Source of the DNA: Dimorphilus gyrociliatus | Taxonomy: Eukaryota; Animalia; Annelida | Reading direction: 5' to 3' | Length of the DNA: 33,017 bases | Assembly: GCA_904063045.1 (NCBI GenBank) | Contig: CAJFCJ010000199.1 | Coordinates: 8,494 to 41,510, forward strand | Part shown: positions 1-12,253 of the stretch, piece by piece | Layout: every line of letters starts with the position of its first letter | Numbering within the stretch: position 1 is the stretch's first letter | Program-made: the position numbers and the translations under genes | Notes under the pieces: model-generated | The model's database searches: none | What the model saw: the letters and a program-made list of their open reading frames with translations, nothing else | Told to the model about the DNA's origin: nothing

Positions 1-250
1 CCTGTTCAATACAACAAAGTACAAAAAATTTCTATACTATAGTGGTTTCATATGCGTATTAAAAATATTTCCTTAAACCATATTGAACTTTAACAAAAGT
101 CTCAACATTGTTGTATTACAATAGCCACCATTTCATCAGTTTTGATCTAAAGTATTTAATAAAAATATTAAAGAGTTCAAAAATTCAGCCAAGCTCATAA
201 TCAGGTTATTTGAAAGGGAAGCCTGTTGCATTTACTCTCAGCATTCAAAT

Positions 251-3200
251 ATGGGAGAAAGACATCCCTTGGAAAAGGCTGGATTATTATCCTTTTTTTT
301 TCTACAGTAAGCATGTTCAATGTATAGTAATTATGTTTATTGAATATGAAAAATTTATTTCAGTTGGGTATACTGTTTTTTGAAGCAAAGATCTTGGCAA
401 GAAAATTTAAAAGGTTTAGAACCTCCTAAAGAATATTCTTCTCAAGTTGTTCACCAAACTGCTAAAGAGTAAAAGCTCAATATGAAAAGAGAACAGTATT
501 CTTTCATAACAAACTTTTTATTATTTATTTCAGACATATCAATGAATATTTTAGAAAAACAGGAAAAGTTTCTCTCTTAAAAGCTCTGATGCCATTAATA
601 CTGAAACTTTATATAAAAATTATTTTGATAAGATGTTTTAGTGTAGGTTTTATTTAAAAAAAATAGGAAAATTCTTAGATTAAGATATCTCATACTAAAA
701 CATTTCAGATTTTTTGTCTGATTCTCTTACCATATCTATTTGAAAAAATTGTCAATGATTTAGAAAGCAAAGTTTCATATTCAACTTACCTAATTGCTTT
801 AGTAATGGGTAATTATCTAAAACTCTTTTTCAAATCACATTATATATATATATATATAATCAAATACATCATTGTTTTTTTCTACTTTGTAGTATCTCTA
901 CGTTTAATTGATGGTTTTTTGGTTAGATTAAGTGTCATTTTTTCTATTTATACTGGAACTAAAATTCGTTGTATACTTAGCTGTTGTTTATTTGAAAAGG
1001 TTTAATTTAAAATGGCATCCCTTTCAATTAAATAATAATATAAAGTTCTTTTTTAGATATTAAGAATGGATTACCAAAGCTACCAGCATTTAACAGCTGG
1101 ATTTATAGTATCAACATTCTCAACTGATGTTGAACAAGTTTTCATATTTTTTTATAACACAACAACCAGCATTTCTTGTATACTTTTTGTATTGGCGAAT
1201 GCAATAATGATTGGTATTTGGTATAGCTTATACGCTTCCTTAGTCTATTGTTCATTGGTTATATTTATTTTATCATTTCAAATTATAATGAGTGGTAAAC
1301 AAGGTTCATTCAGATTAAAAATTGCTGAAAGAACTGATGATAGAGTATTCTTTATGAATGAAATTTTAGCTGGAATAAAAACAATTAAAATGCTGGTTTG
1401 GGAAAAAATTTTTGTGGATAAAATCAATGCTCTTAGAAAAAATGAAATGAAATTTATATTAGAATCATATTTGTATAGAATCCTGAATAAAATATTTGTG
1501 GTTACAGGTGGTCGTGTTACACTCTTAATAGTTATAATCACAACTAAACTTGTTTCCTTAAATACAATTACTTTTGGAAGCTACACAAAATTGTTGTTAC
1601 TCTTATATGGTTCAGAGTGTGAAATATTCATGTATCTTCCCTTTTTTGTTTATTCATTAAGACAAATGATATCATCAATATCAAGACTTGAGGTATTCAG
1701 CTTCAAGAAATATTCAATTATAAAAAATATTATACATATATATATAATTATGAATATTTCCAATTAGAAAATCCTAAAAGTTCCTGAAAAGTCTGAAACT
1801 AAATATGGTGAAAAAGAATTTTCAACTAAAAGCAACAAAGTTTCTTTAAATATATCAAATGTTTATACTGGGTGGAAGGTAGAAACGTATTTTTCACTGA
1901 AATATTGATTTTTATCTGAAAATTTCTACTTTCTGTTAATATTTAGAACAGCAACAGTTCAACTAACTCTAAACAATGTCTAAATAATATTACCATTAAT
2001 AGTCCACAAGCTAATTTAATTGGAATCCATGGTAGAGTTGGTTCTGGGAAGGTGATTATTTTTGTTGTTATTATAGTTGTAATTTTCTTTTATTATATTA
2101 TTTTAGTCAACATTACTACTATCTATACTTAGAGAAATTCCCATATCATCTGGTTACATTAGTCCTTTTAAAAAAATGTCATATCTACCACAAGAACCAT
2201 GGTTATATAATGGTTCAATAAAAGAGAACATACTATTTCATGAAAAACTTCAAAAGGAAAGATATAATGAAGTACTACGTGCCACTTGCCTGGAAAAGGT
2301 TCTTTGCAATTTATATTTTATTTAAATTTAATGGAATTTCACAACAGGATATCAAAGAATGGAGTTATGGGGATGAAACTTTAGTTGGTGAAAGAGGTAT
2401 GATGGTAAGTGGTGGACAGAAAAGTAGAATATGTTTGGCAAGAGCAATTTACAGAAATGCTGACATTTATTTACTAGATGATCCATTAAGTGCTTTAGAT
2501 GAAAGAATAGCACAGGAGGTTATGTTAAAGTGTATAAAAGGCTTTTTAAAGGATAAATTAACTGTTTTAGTAAGCCACCAAATGCGCTCTCTTAGATTAG
2601 CAGACGTTACATTTGAGTTAGAAGATGGAATCTGTAAAGAAACCCAATTATCTTTAATTGAAACATCTTTAGAAGATCAATACCCAAACAAGCCAGATGG
2701 CAAAGTAAATAATAAACAATTTATTGATGAAGAAGAAAGTTCAGATGGGATGGTTGAAATAAAAACCTATTTGGAATATTTTAAAAATGGCAGCTTCGGT
2801 TTAATTGCACTTTTCTTAATACTTTTCATTCTCGTATTTCTTCTCATGGTTTCAATTGACGTGGGATTAAGTTTTTTATCAACTCAGGAATGGAGAGATA
2901 AAACTTTGTATGGTATACTATTAATGTTGTTATTGATTGCTTTCTTGGAATGTGTTAGACAGTGGATATTTATTATTAATATTTCAATGAGCTCAAACAA
3001 TATTCACAACAATTTATTCAAAAAAGTAATGACTTTACCAATGAAATTTTTCAATGCAAATTCAAAAGGAAGAATTCTAAACCGATTTTCCAGAGATTTA
3101 TTTTTTGTAGATTCCATATTAATTGATACATTTGATCAAATAATTTTCTATTTTGGACAAACATTTTTTACAATACTAGTGGCAATTTATAACATGGTCT

Positions 3201-4556
3201 ATCTTATAATTCCATTCTTTATTTTCTGTTTTCTTTTGGTATTTTCATTTCTAAAATTTTCAACAAAAACAAGTGAATTGAAAAGATTAGAAGCCATAAA
3301 AAGAACACCTTTATATGAACAATTAGACGATGTAACTAATGGCATAATCACAATCAGAAACTTTGAAAAAGAAGAAACATATATGCAAAAATTTTATAGT
3401 GCCTGTGATAATCATACAAGTGTTTCTTTAATTTTAGAATCTTTCTATAGATTTACACAGCATATATATCTCACAATTAATATTGGTTTCATTACAATAT
3501 TAATAATGTTTGCTATTTGTTTTTCTTCAAGTTCAAATTACATACTTTTGTCAATTCTTATTTCTTATCTATTTAATATCTCAGAAATATTTCAATTTAT
3601 TTTGAAACTTTTATCAGATTTTAATATAATGGTAAGAAAAAGAAACAAATTTCAATTTTTTTTTAATAATTTTTTATTACAGATGACTTCTATTGAAAGA
3701 ATAATATATTACACTTCACTTGATTCTGAATGTAAAAAAATAGAAAATGATCACCAAATATCTCAAAAATGGCCTGAAAATGGTCAACTTGTTTTTAAAA
3801 ATGTTTCTCTAAAATATGATAATACACTACCATGGGTTCTTAAATCTTTGAATATAGATATTTCTTCAGGGGAAAAAGTAAAAATTCTTTAAAGTTGTTA
3901 AGTAGGACACTTATTTATATACCATTCATTTTCAGATTGGTGTTGTTGGAAGAACAGGAGCTGGGAAAAGTTCATTGATAAATGCACTGTTTCAATTAAA
4001 TGAAATTCAAGGTGAAATTCTGATAAATGGTATAGATATTGTAAAAAATGTCGAGTTACAGCAAGCAAGATCAGTTTTAACAGCTATACCCCAAGATCCA
4101 GTTCTATTTTCAGGATCTCTGAGATGGAATTTGGATCCTCTAGATAAATATACAGATGATGAAATTTGGATTGCTCTCCAAAAAGTTCACTTGTCTGAAA
4201 AAATATTCAATTTGAAACATGGCCTTGATTCAATGATTACAGAAGGTGGAAACAATTTAAGTGTTGGAGAAAAGCAACTATTGTGCTTAGCTAGAGCTCT
4301 TTTAAGGAAGAGTAAAATTTTAGTAATTGATGAAGCTACAGCAAATGTTGATATTAAAACTGATGAGGCAATTCAAAAAATTATAAAATTACATTTTACC
4401 AAATGTACTACAATAACTATAGCTCACAGATTAAGCACAATCAAGAATTCTGACAGAATTATTGTTATTGATCAGGGTGAAATTGTTGAAATTGGAAGTT
4501 TCATTGAACTTATGGAAAAAAAAGGATATTTTTACAAATTAGCTAAAAATAAATAA
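251..4556 (+). CDS. ABCC4: ABCC4/MRP4-like ABC transporter (short ABCC without TMD0), multi-exon, apparently intact
   Basis: ATG at 251 opens MGERHPLEKAGLLSFFFLHW, matching the ABCC lasso N-terminus. Exons join in phase across GT-AG introns (e.g. 307-363, 469-533, 2299-2348, 3632-3682, 3878-3935). NBD1 has GRVGSGKS, QEPW, VSGGQKSR and IYLLDDPLSALD. TMD2 has GRILNRFSRD and R+P+Y motifs. NBD2 has GRTGAGKS, IPQDPVLFSG, LSVGEKQLLCLARALL, ILVIDEATANVD and IAHRL. Stop TAA at 4554-4556. Subfamily assignment is from motif recall. Confidence 0.93.
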
Positions 4557-4647
4557 TGATAAAATATATCATTTAAATTTTCCATTTACATTTCAAGTTT
4601 TCTTTTATAAAAAATGTATAATTTTAAAGTAAACACCTTATATGTAC

Positions 4648-5115
4648 TTTGCAAATAATGACTTGGAAGGCTTCCACAACAAACTTAAAAGAAAATTCTT
4701 CATTTTATTGCACTGTAGATGAATTAAAGAGAGAAAGTGATCTAATTGATGTTTAGCAAAAGCTACTGTCAGAAAGAAAGATTTTTGTATGATACAAAAA
4801 AAAAAACTATGCCAAAATGTAGAAGAAAATTTATGAATATTTGGATGAATTTGAAAATAGTGATATTTGTGCTGGTGAGCTTTTGGAAAAATGTTCAGCA
4901 ATTTATCATGTATAAATCTGTCTGCTATCAATGTTTCTACTCTAAATAATTCTATTACAATTTAATACACATGTAAAAAACAAGTTTTTCACTGTCTCTA
5001 TTATTTCAACTAAAAATATTATTACTTTAAATGTAATTATACAACTTTTGTAGTTTTGATGTAATAGTTAGGCACAGTGGGTGTTTTCAACAGTGGGCGT
5101 TTTCAACAACCACCC
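4648..5115 (+). mobile_element. Decayed 3' end of a Mutator-like (MULE) transposon: transposase C-terminus plus right TIR
   Basis: 4648-4915 translates, with stops and a frameshift, to ANNDLEGFHNKLKR..SFYCTVDELKRESDLI..LLSERK..ELLEKCSAIY. This aligns along its length with the intact MULE exon at 27293-27640 (RTNNDVEGWH..SFYMLIDILKQESSLI..LLSEKR..VLLQKIALIY). Two 16-bp tandem units CAGTGGG(T/C)GTTTTCAA at 5075-5106 resemble TIR subrepeats. Confidence 0.75.
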
Positions 5116-5281
5116 TATCTAATCATATGAAGATATATATATAAATTATTACAGACTGAAGGAATTATGTATTTATATTAAGTAAATAATTTACAATGAA
5201 CAAAACAAATATATACCCTCCTTGAAAGTATCATATATACAGTATGTATTGCCTTATATTGAGTCTGTAGAACAGACTTTC

Positions 5282-5520
5282 AATGTTGCTATAACTTCTG
5301 AACCATTGGACATAATTAAATTCTGTAAAAAGATTTGAGATCGCTGTATCAATGTTAATGTATGTACCAAAATTCAGCCGTCCATATTAATTAATAACAA
5401 ATTTAGTTTTCACCTGCCGAATGTTAAATATATTGGCTTGGATAATTTTTTTTTAATGTTGCCATAACTCTTCAACCATAAGAGATAATTGAATTCTATA
5501 AAAAGATTTGAGATCTGTAT
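5282..5520. repeat. Imperfect direct repeat, two units of about 67 bp spaced 173 bp apart; probable non-autonomous TE internal repeat
   Basis: AATGTTGCTATAACT..AAAAAGATTTGAGATC..TGTAT at 5282-5349 recurs at 5455-5520. Confidence 0.7.
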
Positions 5521-6836
5521 AATGGTATTATTCTATATTCCAAATTTCAAAGCTCTATGTATACTAAAAGCAACTGTAATTTTTAAAAGAAAAATACAAT
5601 TTAAGCTTAAACATTAAAAGGTAAAAAAAAGTTGGATAAAATATGAAGAAAATAAATGTGACATATTATCAAACTATATATATGTATGTGTATTATTTAT
5701 ATACAAAAACCTATCCATTCAAGTGACTAAAGAAGATAATAATATTGTAATATACATAGTATATATTTAATTTCTATTAAAGTTTTATATTGGCTCACAT
5801 TTTGTAAAGACATTTAGCATCAGCAAAAAGACATAAAACTATATAAAAAATAACAAAATTGTACTTAAACTAATAAGAATTTTAAACATTTTTTGACAAA
5901 TGTTTGTAACAGAACTGTTAAAAAATAGAGTTCATTGAAAATCAGATCTCAGCAACTACTTGGCTGATTTTAATGAAATTTGAAGCAAAATTATTGTCAA
6001 GATGATTACAAATCAGATACAAGTCAAACAAATTTGTAAAGTGATTATTACAATACAAAAAATTAATTTTTTTCAATACATAAAGTACTTTTTCAAAGTT
6101 ATGCCTAGGCATATTGTATTGCATTTTTTATGCATATGTTTTAAATATGTTATATTTAACAAAATGTAATAAATGAATATTTTAATTTATAATACTTTGA
6201 GATTATTTCATTTAAGATGATCAAGGTATTTAGAAAATTGAAAAGTGAAAGTTAATTTATATATCACCAAAAAGTACAATAGAACACATGAACCTATTAT
6301 TGTTTTCTTCTGATGGCAAGCACTGTACATCAGACAATAACATATTACATAAGAGAAATATTTTGAGAAGTCCCCCATTCACCTTTCATAATTGAATTAA
6401 TCAAACATTGTGTAAACAATACTGTTGAATAGTGAATATAATCTAAACATAAAATTTAAGCATAATTGATAATTAATTGAACTAGTTTTAGTTGAAAATC
6501 CTAAATGTATGGATTAATAAATTGTAATATTAATGCTAGGTTGCAAATAGCAAATATTCTTTAAATAATTCAATAGGTTTTATTGCTGTGTAATGTGTAT
6601 GCACTGCCCTACGCGAAACCATGTCACTACTGCTTATCTTTATCAGTGCAATCTGCATAGTACAATACTGGTTCAATACTACTTCTCTATTATAGAGTAT
6701 AGCTGACGAATGTATGTGTACAGTGTACGGAAATCAAAGTTAAAATTAACAATAAAATTCAAAAAAGATTTCAAAATTTAAATCAAATTTTCATGATAAT
6801 AGATTCAAATTTTTCCCTTATCACATTTAAACTTGA

Positions 6837-7096
6837 TGGCTAATGACATACTGGGCATAATTATTGATACTTTTAATCAGAAATATTTTTCTCTTTGCTG
6901 TTTACTTCATTTTTAGAATAAAATACGAATATTATTGAAGAATGGTATATGTATTTTAATGTTTTTACCAGTTTTCTTTGAATTATGTAATGCTATTAAT
7001 AGAGAAATGAATTATTTCATTGTATTGTCTATAAGTGAAAGATAACTATTACATTTCTTGGAATATTTTCAGGCTAATTTGTTTTTTAAGCATTGA
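6837..7096 (+). repeat. Solo 260-bp copy of the interior of the MULE at 26825-27904
   Basis: Co-linear and in the same orientation as 26893-27152, with high identity by eye. Shared strings include GGCATAATTATTGATACTTTTAATCAGAAAT and TTCAGGCTAATTTGTTTTTTAAGCATTGA. Confidence 0.9.
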
Positions 7097-7689
7097 TACC
7101 CTTGTAGATCAATTCTACTCTGATTTACAAAAGAAAAATGACAAAGAAAAATAGGTAATATGTTAATTGTTAAAAGAACCAATAATATTATTATATAGTC
7201 AGAGAATAAGTAATTACATTAATAGTAAATGCACAAAGCTGTTACTGTCTCAATCAATGGAACATGACATGATAGCATATGACCTTGATCTTGACAGCCA
7301 TAAACAACTGTATCTGAGCTTTCAGGTACTCTCAATTGTTTTTAAGCAATAATATCCTTCTCTAAATTCATTTTATAATTGTTATTTGAAAGAATAATTT
7401 ATGTAGTCAATGAACACAATGCCTAAGTTTGGCACCATGTCAAACTAACCTTACTGTAATTTATGAACACATTACATTTCCTATATTTGATCCTTTAGTT
7501 TAGTTGTTCCCTACAGTCTTTGTATGTACTACTTGTACTACTAAAGATGAAATGTAATGGTCTCCTAATTTATAAGTAACAAAAATTTGTAAGACTGCAA
7601 ATTTTTCAATATGAAACTTTTATTTAGATTTTCATAAATTCTAAAAATTAAGTAAAAGCTCCAAAAAACTTCCAAGTTGACTGAATATC

Positions 7690-7851
7690 TTAGTTTGTGT
7701 TGTCTGCTATCCAATCCAAATATTCAGATACTCTGACATAACCAGATGGTCTGTCAATTCTACAACCAACAATCACAAATGAAGTTATACCAGCAATTTG
7801 ACAGGAACCAGATGGGCCAACTGGACAGTTCAATGGACCACCCGAATCACC
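7690..7851 (-). CDS. Isolated last exon of a chymotrypsin/elastase-like (S1A) serine protease
   Basis: After a TTCAG acceptor it reads GDSGGPLNCPVGPSGSCQIAGITSFVIVGCRIDRPSGYVRVSEYLDWIADNTN*. This contains the catalytic-Ser motif GDSGGP and a typical RVSxYxDWI end. No upstream His/Asp exons were found in the window. Confidence 0.85.
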   Translation of the reverse strand, partial: GDSGGPLNCPVGPSGSCQIAGITSFVIVGCRIDRPSGYVRVSEYLDWIADNTN

Positions 7852-7905
7852 CTGAATTGTAAAATTTGATATTTAGAATGATATTTATAATTAGGATCAT
7901 TGTCC

Positions 7906-8140
7906 TTTGTTGTATTGTAATTGTAGGAATCTCAAGCTTATCAAATTCGAATTCGTCCTCACCAATCATTTACCAATGTACCAAAGTTCTGGTCCAAATA
8001 GAACCTTTCAAGTTCGTCCACAAGTTGTCTCAACAAATGAAAATTTACAAGAAATTTACCAACAAAACACCAGTATTTTGTTCAAAGAGTATTTATTGAG
8101 TAAATGAGTTTCTAGTTCTAAACAAGCAAGTTTGAACAAC
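7906..8140 (-). repeat. Diverged dispersed duplicate, copy 1 (partner 12519-12761); probably decayed coding sequence
   Basis: Shared strings include TTTGTTGTATTGT(A/G)ATTGTAGGAAT, GTCCAAATAG(A/G)ACC, GTCCACAAGT, TCAACAAATGAA, CCAGTATTTT and AAGCAAG. Confidence 0.8.
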
Positions 8141-8410
8141 CATCTACGAAGAGTGAAAAGTACAACAAATGATAAAAAAAGGCCATATGAAGCAATTTCC
8201 ACAAGATTTGGAAAATAAATGTCATTTGGAAAAAAAAATGATGTTATGTTGTATAACTTTGGTTATATTCTACATGCTTGAACTCTATTATTTTATGCAA
8301 CATATACATGTACATCTTAAAACCTACGCAAGAAAATGCTATAACATTGGCCAAACATAAGTCTGATTAGTCAGCTTCAAGGCTCATCTTTAATTACCAA
8401 TAAAGGTTTT

Positions 8411-8475
8411 GCCAAGTTATAATTTAATTAACTTGCCTAGGGTGTGGCCAAGTTATAATTCAATTAACCTTCCTA
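8411..8475. repeat. Short tandem duplication with a 36-bp period
   Basis: GCCAAGTTATAATT(T/C)AATTAAC occurs at 8411 and 8447. Confidence 0.8.
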
Positions 8476-8767
8476 AATGTTCAACCTTGTAACATCCTCT
8501 TACTAAAGATAAATATGAACTACACATTTCAGCAACTGTAAAGTGATGATTGGATGTCAGAGGCAAACCTCAAAGTATATAAATCCTCACTATTCTCATT
8601 TGGCATGCAGCTTCCATCTGGACCCAAGGACCTGGGAAAATCATCTGGAAACAACCTCCACTGGAACCATCCATCTACTCCTCAACATTGGAAGACAGTT
8701 TGGTAATTTGGCAACCTGCTTTTACAAACTATCTACTCTGCTATCGAACTCTCATATTGTTACTTGC

Positions 8768-9280
8768 TTAAGTATTATTATTGTGAATAAACCGTTTTAA
8801 TTGAAACATTTGTTTAAAGGTTCGAGTAGAACCAGTGTTGTTATAACTTGCAAATGCATAGATTTTGCCAGCAAGAGCAGTACAATGTATTGCAATGAGA
8901 AAATTTCCACAGGTAAATTTCCCAAATGCTGTTTCTAATAAACTATATTCTAAATATTTATCATTAATAAAATGCCACAACCAGTGAAAGGTTAGGATAT
9001 ATGGAAAAGTTTTTAAAAAACTATAATCAATAATTGGAGTTGTAAACAAATCTAAAATGTTTACAAACAAATAAGATAATCCAATAATGAGGATCACTTT
9101 TAAAGTATCCAATTTGTAGAAATATTCATCTTCTCTAAAAATATAATTTCCATCCTCTGGAAAATTAATGAAATCATTAAATGGACTACTTTTATTTATA
9201 AAATAGTAAATTCTCTCATCAGATTTTAAATTTTCAACATCTATCATATAATTGGAAATTTCTTGAGATGATACAATCAA
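8768..9280 (-). CDS. Hypothetical 170-codon ORF with a hydrophobic, possibly transmembrane stretch
   Basis: Long open frame for such AT-rich DNA, containing KVILIIGLSYLFVNILDLF. No recognisable family motif. It may be a downstream exon of the gene starting at 11135. Confidence 0.35.
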   Translation of the reverse strand: MIVSSQEISNYMIDVENLKSDERIYYFINKSSPFNDFINFPEDGNYIFREDEYFYKLDTLKVILIIGLSYLFVNILDLFTTPIIDYSFLKTFPYILTFHWLWHFINDKYLEYSLLETAFGKFTCGNFLIAIHCTALAGKIYAFASYNNTGSTRTFKQMFQLKRFIHNNNT

Positions 9281-10169
9281 GATAATTGTTAACAGAAAAC
9301 TTTTGTGTCTGAATTGCAGTCATTACACAAGTGTTGATAATTAGTTACAAAAATATTTCCCAAATTTGTAAATATACAAAATTAGCATGATTCTAAATTT
9401 CATTAATTGAATTATACAATGGACTTGTTTTTTTAAGATTTTTTCCATTGAGGATATTGAAATCAATAGTAAATCAATTTCTGTGGTTTGTGGGAATATC
9501 TCCCCATAATTATTAGAAAAAACTTGAAAACTTTTTAAGTAATAGTTTATTATTGAAATAGATTGCAATATTCAAGTTTTCGGCAGAGTACTAATTTTTC
9601 TATGAGAAAATTTTATAGCAACCAATTTTTATGATGAAATAGTATTTTATTGATTAAATCTTGGTATTGATATAAAACTTTTAAAGTTCTCAAAAGAATT
9701 TTATTGTTCTTCAAATGCTTTGAAAACTATAAATTCTGTTTGAAAAAATATGCAATTAAAGAAGATTATTTGCAGCTCAAATTTTTAGATAAAACAAAGG
9801 TTAAAAAGAAAATTAGAACAAGATTACAGGTCTAAAGTATCAGTTAGAAATATTAAACATTAGAGACACAGATTGAGAAATTGAGTATGGTAGATTCACA
9901 AAAATATGGGTGTCTTTTCAAAAACATCCAAAGTTTTGGACAGATATTTTAGTATTTCAAAAGGTTTTAAAATGTTATCCACATTAATCAGCCAACATTC
10001 TTCATTGTTTCTTTTCACTTTTTCTCCCTTTATTAGCTTGTTATCAATGTCGATTGAAATGAACTTTGATCCCAGGTTACCATCTGATTGAACTTCAGAG
10101 TGAAATTTATATTTCTTTTTCCCAATATCACTATAAGTCACCATATAGACTCAGTCTATAGACAATTTG

Positions 10170-11135
10170 TTAAAAGTGTGGACCACCTGATGCAGAAGTC
10201 CAGGGATCACTATTAGGAGAAAAATATAGTGGAACATCAACACTTAAAAAAGTGTCAGTTGTTTTGCAACTTATTCCCATCAATACTGATTTTGTGGAAC
10301 CAACCTTAGTTGCAACAACAGAGCCATAACTATCTGAAATCAGCATTTGCTGTGATCTATCTAATGTTGCTTTATCAGGATTAGAGAGGGAAAAACTAAA
10401 ATGTAAAAGATTCACATTAAGTGTTTGTTTCCCAATTGTGATGTCATTTATGTCAAATATTTAGATTTTTAAAATGATAAAAATAATTTGCTTACTTGCA
10501 ATTCAATTGTGAACCTTCATTATAAAATTCAACATTTCTTGTTGATGCTTCTTCACTTGAGATTTCAGCAATAATGTAAAAAATGAGATTCTTGTTATCA
10601 AAATCTAATTAACATAATTAAATAAATGTATAATATATAAAATTTGTAAAGAAAGTAAAAGATTTCTATACTAATTAAAGTTTTTATGTCAAAAGAAGCA
10701 GAATGTATTCCTTTAGTACATGTAAAACTGTGAGTAAGTGTCAGGAGTTCATTTATATTCTTATAGCTATTAGATGTAATAGAATAATGATGCACAGTAT
10801 TAATTAGATTTATAGATGTTCTATATAGTTCAGTCCCATCTGGTTTTGTTGTTTTTATACTAAAATAATAATTAAAACAGTTATAAAGAATTCAATAATA
10901 AACCAATAAACTTGCAAATTGGTGAACCTTCCATAGGTTGTAAACTGATGGTTGTTGAAGATTCTCTTTTAGTTGAAGGATTATAGTCTACAAGAATTAT
11001 AAAGGCACTTGAATTTGCTGTAAAAAATAGGAAACATAAGAAAATCTTCCAAAAAAATATAACTGTTTTATACAAACAAACATAAACACTAAGGAGAAAG
11101 AATGGAAAAAGAACAGAAATTAGTTTTCTCTCCAT
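10170..11135 (-). CDS. Unidentified multi-exon gene, probably secreted or membrane-bound; 3' end unresolved
   Basis: Five exons join in phase over GT-AG introns: MERKLISVLFPFFLL / TNSSAFIILVDY..SPIC / NIKTTKPDG..DIKTLI / NFDNKNLIFYIIAE..SQLNC / NFSLSNPDK..PWTSASGGPHF. The N-terminus resembles a signal peptide. It may continue into the 9896-10144 ORF. Confidence 0.55.
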
Positions 11136-11684
11136 TTTTTCTTTTTCACATTTTCCTCTTCAAACACACACACACACAATATATATTTATATGTTTATGT
11201 GAACAAAGACTTCTTTTTCAAATTGTTTGGTTCTTTTTCTAGCAAATAATAGTCTATAATGAAGCTTTAATGAAGTCTCTTTCATGATTTAGGACAATTT
11301 TAAATAAAAAAAAAAGAATTTATTAAAATCAGACAATCATTTCTTTTAAATATTCAAAATGATCAATCAAAATTTTGTTAGACAGGACTTTTATTATATT
11401 TGACTGTCAAAGGGTTTAATGACTCTGAGAAACTCCTGTTTGAAAAGAAGTATGTCAAGTAGTTTGAAAAAAGAATACAGTGGTTTACACAGAAAAAGAG
11501 GTGGAAGTTAAAAAGCCTCATTCTAATTTGTGTTCATATTATTTTTTTAAGATGATAAAAAAATGTTGAAACAATGATGGTTTATGTATTCTGGTTCTTA
11601 CATCTACCTTCTAATCATATTTTTGCAAGTGGAGAGCTATTTGGTTCTGGTTGATGTTTATTAATCTAATGCTACAAAGTTTGG

Positions 11685-11810
11685 TACAAATGAAAAATTT
11701 GAAGGCTAAATTTTGGATTATGCTAAGGTCTTAACTAAGGGTAAAGGAAAAGGGCAAATACAGCAAAAGATTGAGTCAGGGTTAAGTTAAAAGCAATGAT
11801 TTCTGAATAT
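11685..11810 (-). mobile_element. Degenerate, internally deleted copy of the TAACCC-bearing MITE
   Basis: The reverse complement contains TGCTTTTAACTTAACCCTGACTCAATCTTTTGCTGTA and AATCCAAAATTTAGCCTTCAAATTTTTCATTTG, matching both ends of the 13505-13711 copy. Confidence 0.55.
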
Positions 11811-12081
11811 TCTAATTACAAAGTTGCCAATTTTTGTGTTTAGAATGTTAACTGAATTGTAAATTAGTCAAATACAAATATACTACTTTAGTTGATTTTT
11901 TGCAACATTAATATATGTAGACTTATAATTTTAAGCCTAAAGTACTTTATAATGGTAGATATAAGGTGGACAACAGGAGTATATGGACACCGAAAATTTT
12001 GATAAGCCAACTTTTAATTAATGTTTCAAATTGTTTGTCTGCTGCAAATTAGTATTTTTTATCTAAATTTTTATAGAAAAA

Positions 12082-12253
12082 GGGACTGGACAGAAAATGT
12101 CCTCAAAAGAGAGTTTTGAGAGCAAGATTTTGGATTGAAAAATGGTTAAGAGGAGTAAAGTAGCTTTTGATTTGTGGTTAGAGGGCTTCCATCTAAGGCT
12201 AGGGGTAATCAAAAAAGGTTAAGTCCCTCTGTGGACGTTTTCTGTCAGCTCCC
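12082..12253 (-). mobile_element. MITE, same family as 22559-22765
   Basis: TIRs are GGGACTGGACAGAAAATGTCC and GGACGTTTTCTGTCAGCTCCC. The reverse-complemented interior (TAACCTTTTTTGATTACCCCTAGCCTTAGATGG..TAACCATTT) aligns with the 22559 copy. No TSD is retained. Confidence 0.8.

Noticed and set aside
1278-1541. Antisense or overlapping short ORFs (also 4638-4931, 9906-10091, 20070-20255, 23237-23437, 25218-26126, 26305-26514, 26680-26889)
   Set aside because: They are shadows of real genes or TE remnants on the other strand or frame, with no motifs.
2240-2348. Apparent frameshift in ABCC NBD1 (the ORF track starts MKNFKRKD..)
   Set aside because: Resolved by a 50-nt GT-AG intron (2299-2348) giving ..RATCLEK|DIKEWSYGDE..
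6590-6730. Locally GC/CpG-richer patch as a possible ncRNA or promoter
   Set aside because: No tRNA cloverleaf, snRNA motif or adjacent gene start could be identified.
7960-7985. Shared in-frame TAA in the duplicated segment as evidence of stop-codon reassignment
   Set aside because: TAA is the genuine terminator of the ABCC, GNAT, protease and receptor frames, and the long exons contain no internal TAA.
8560-8760. RSLGPDG on the - strand, resembling the LINE reverse-transcriptase PGPDG motif
   Set aside because: No flanking RT or endonuclease motifs could be traced, so a single short motif is insufficient.
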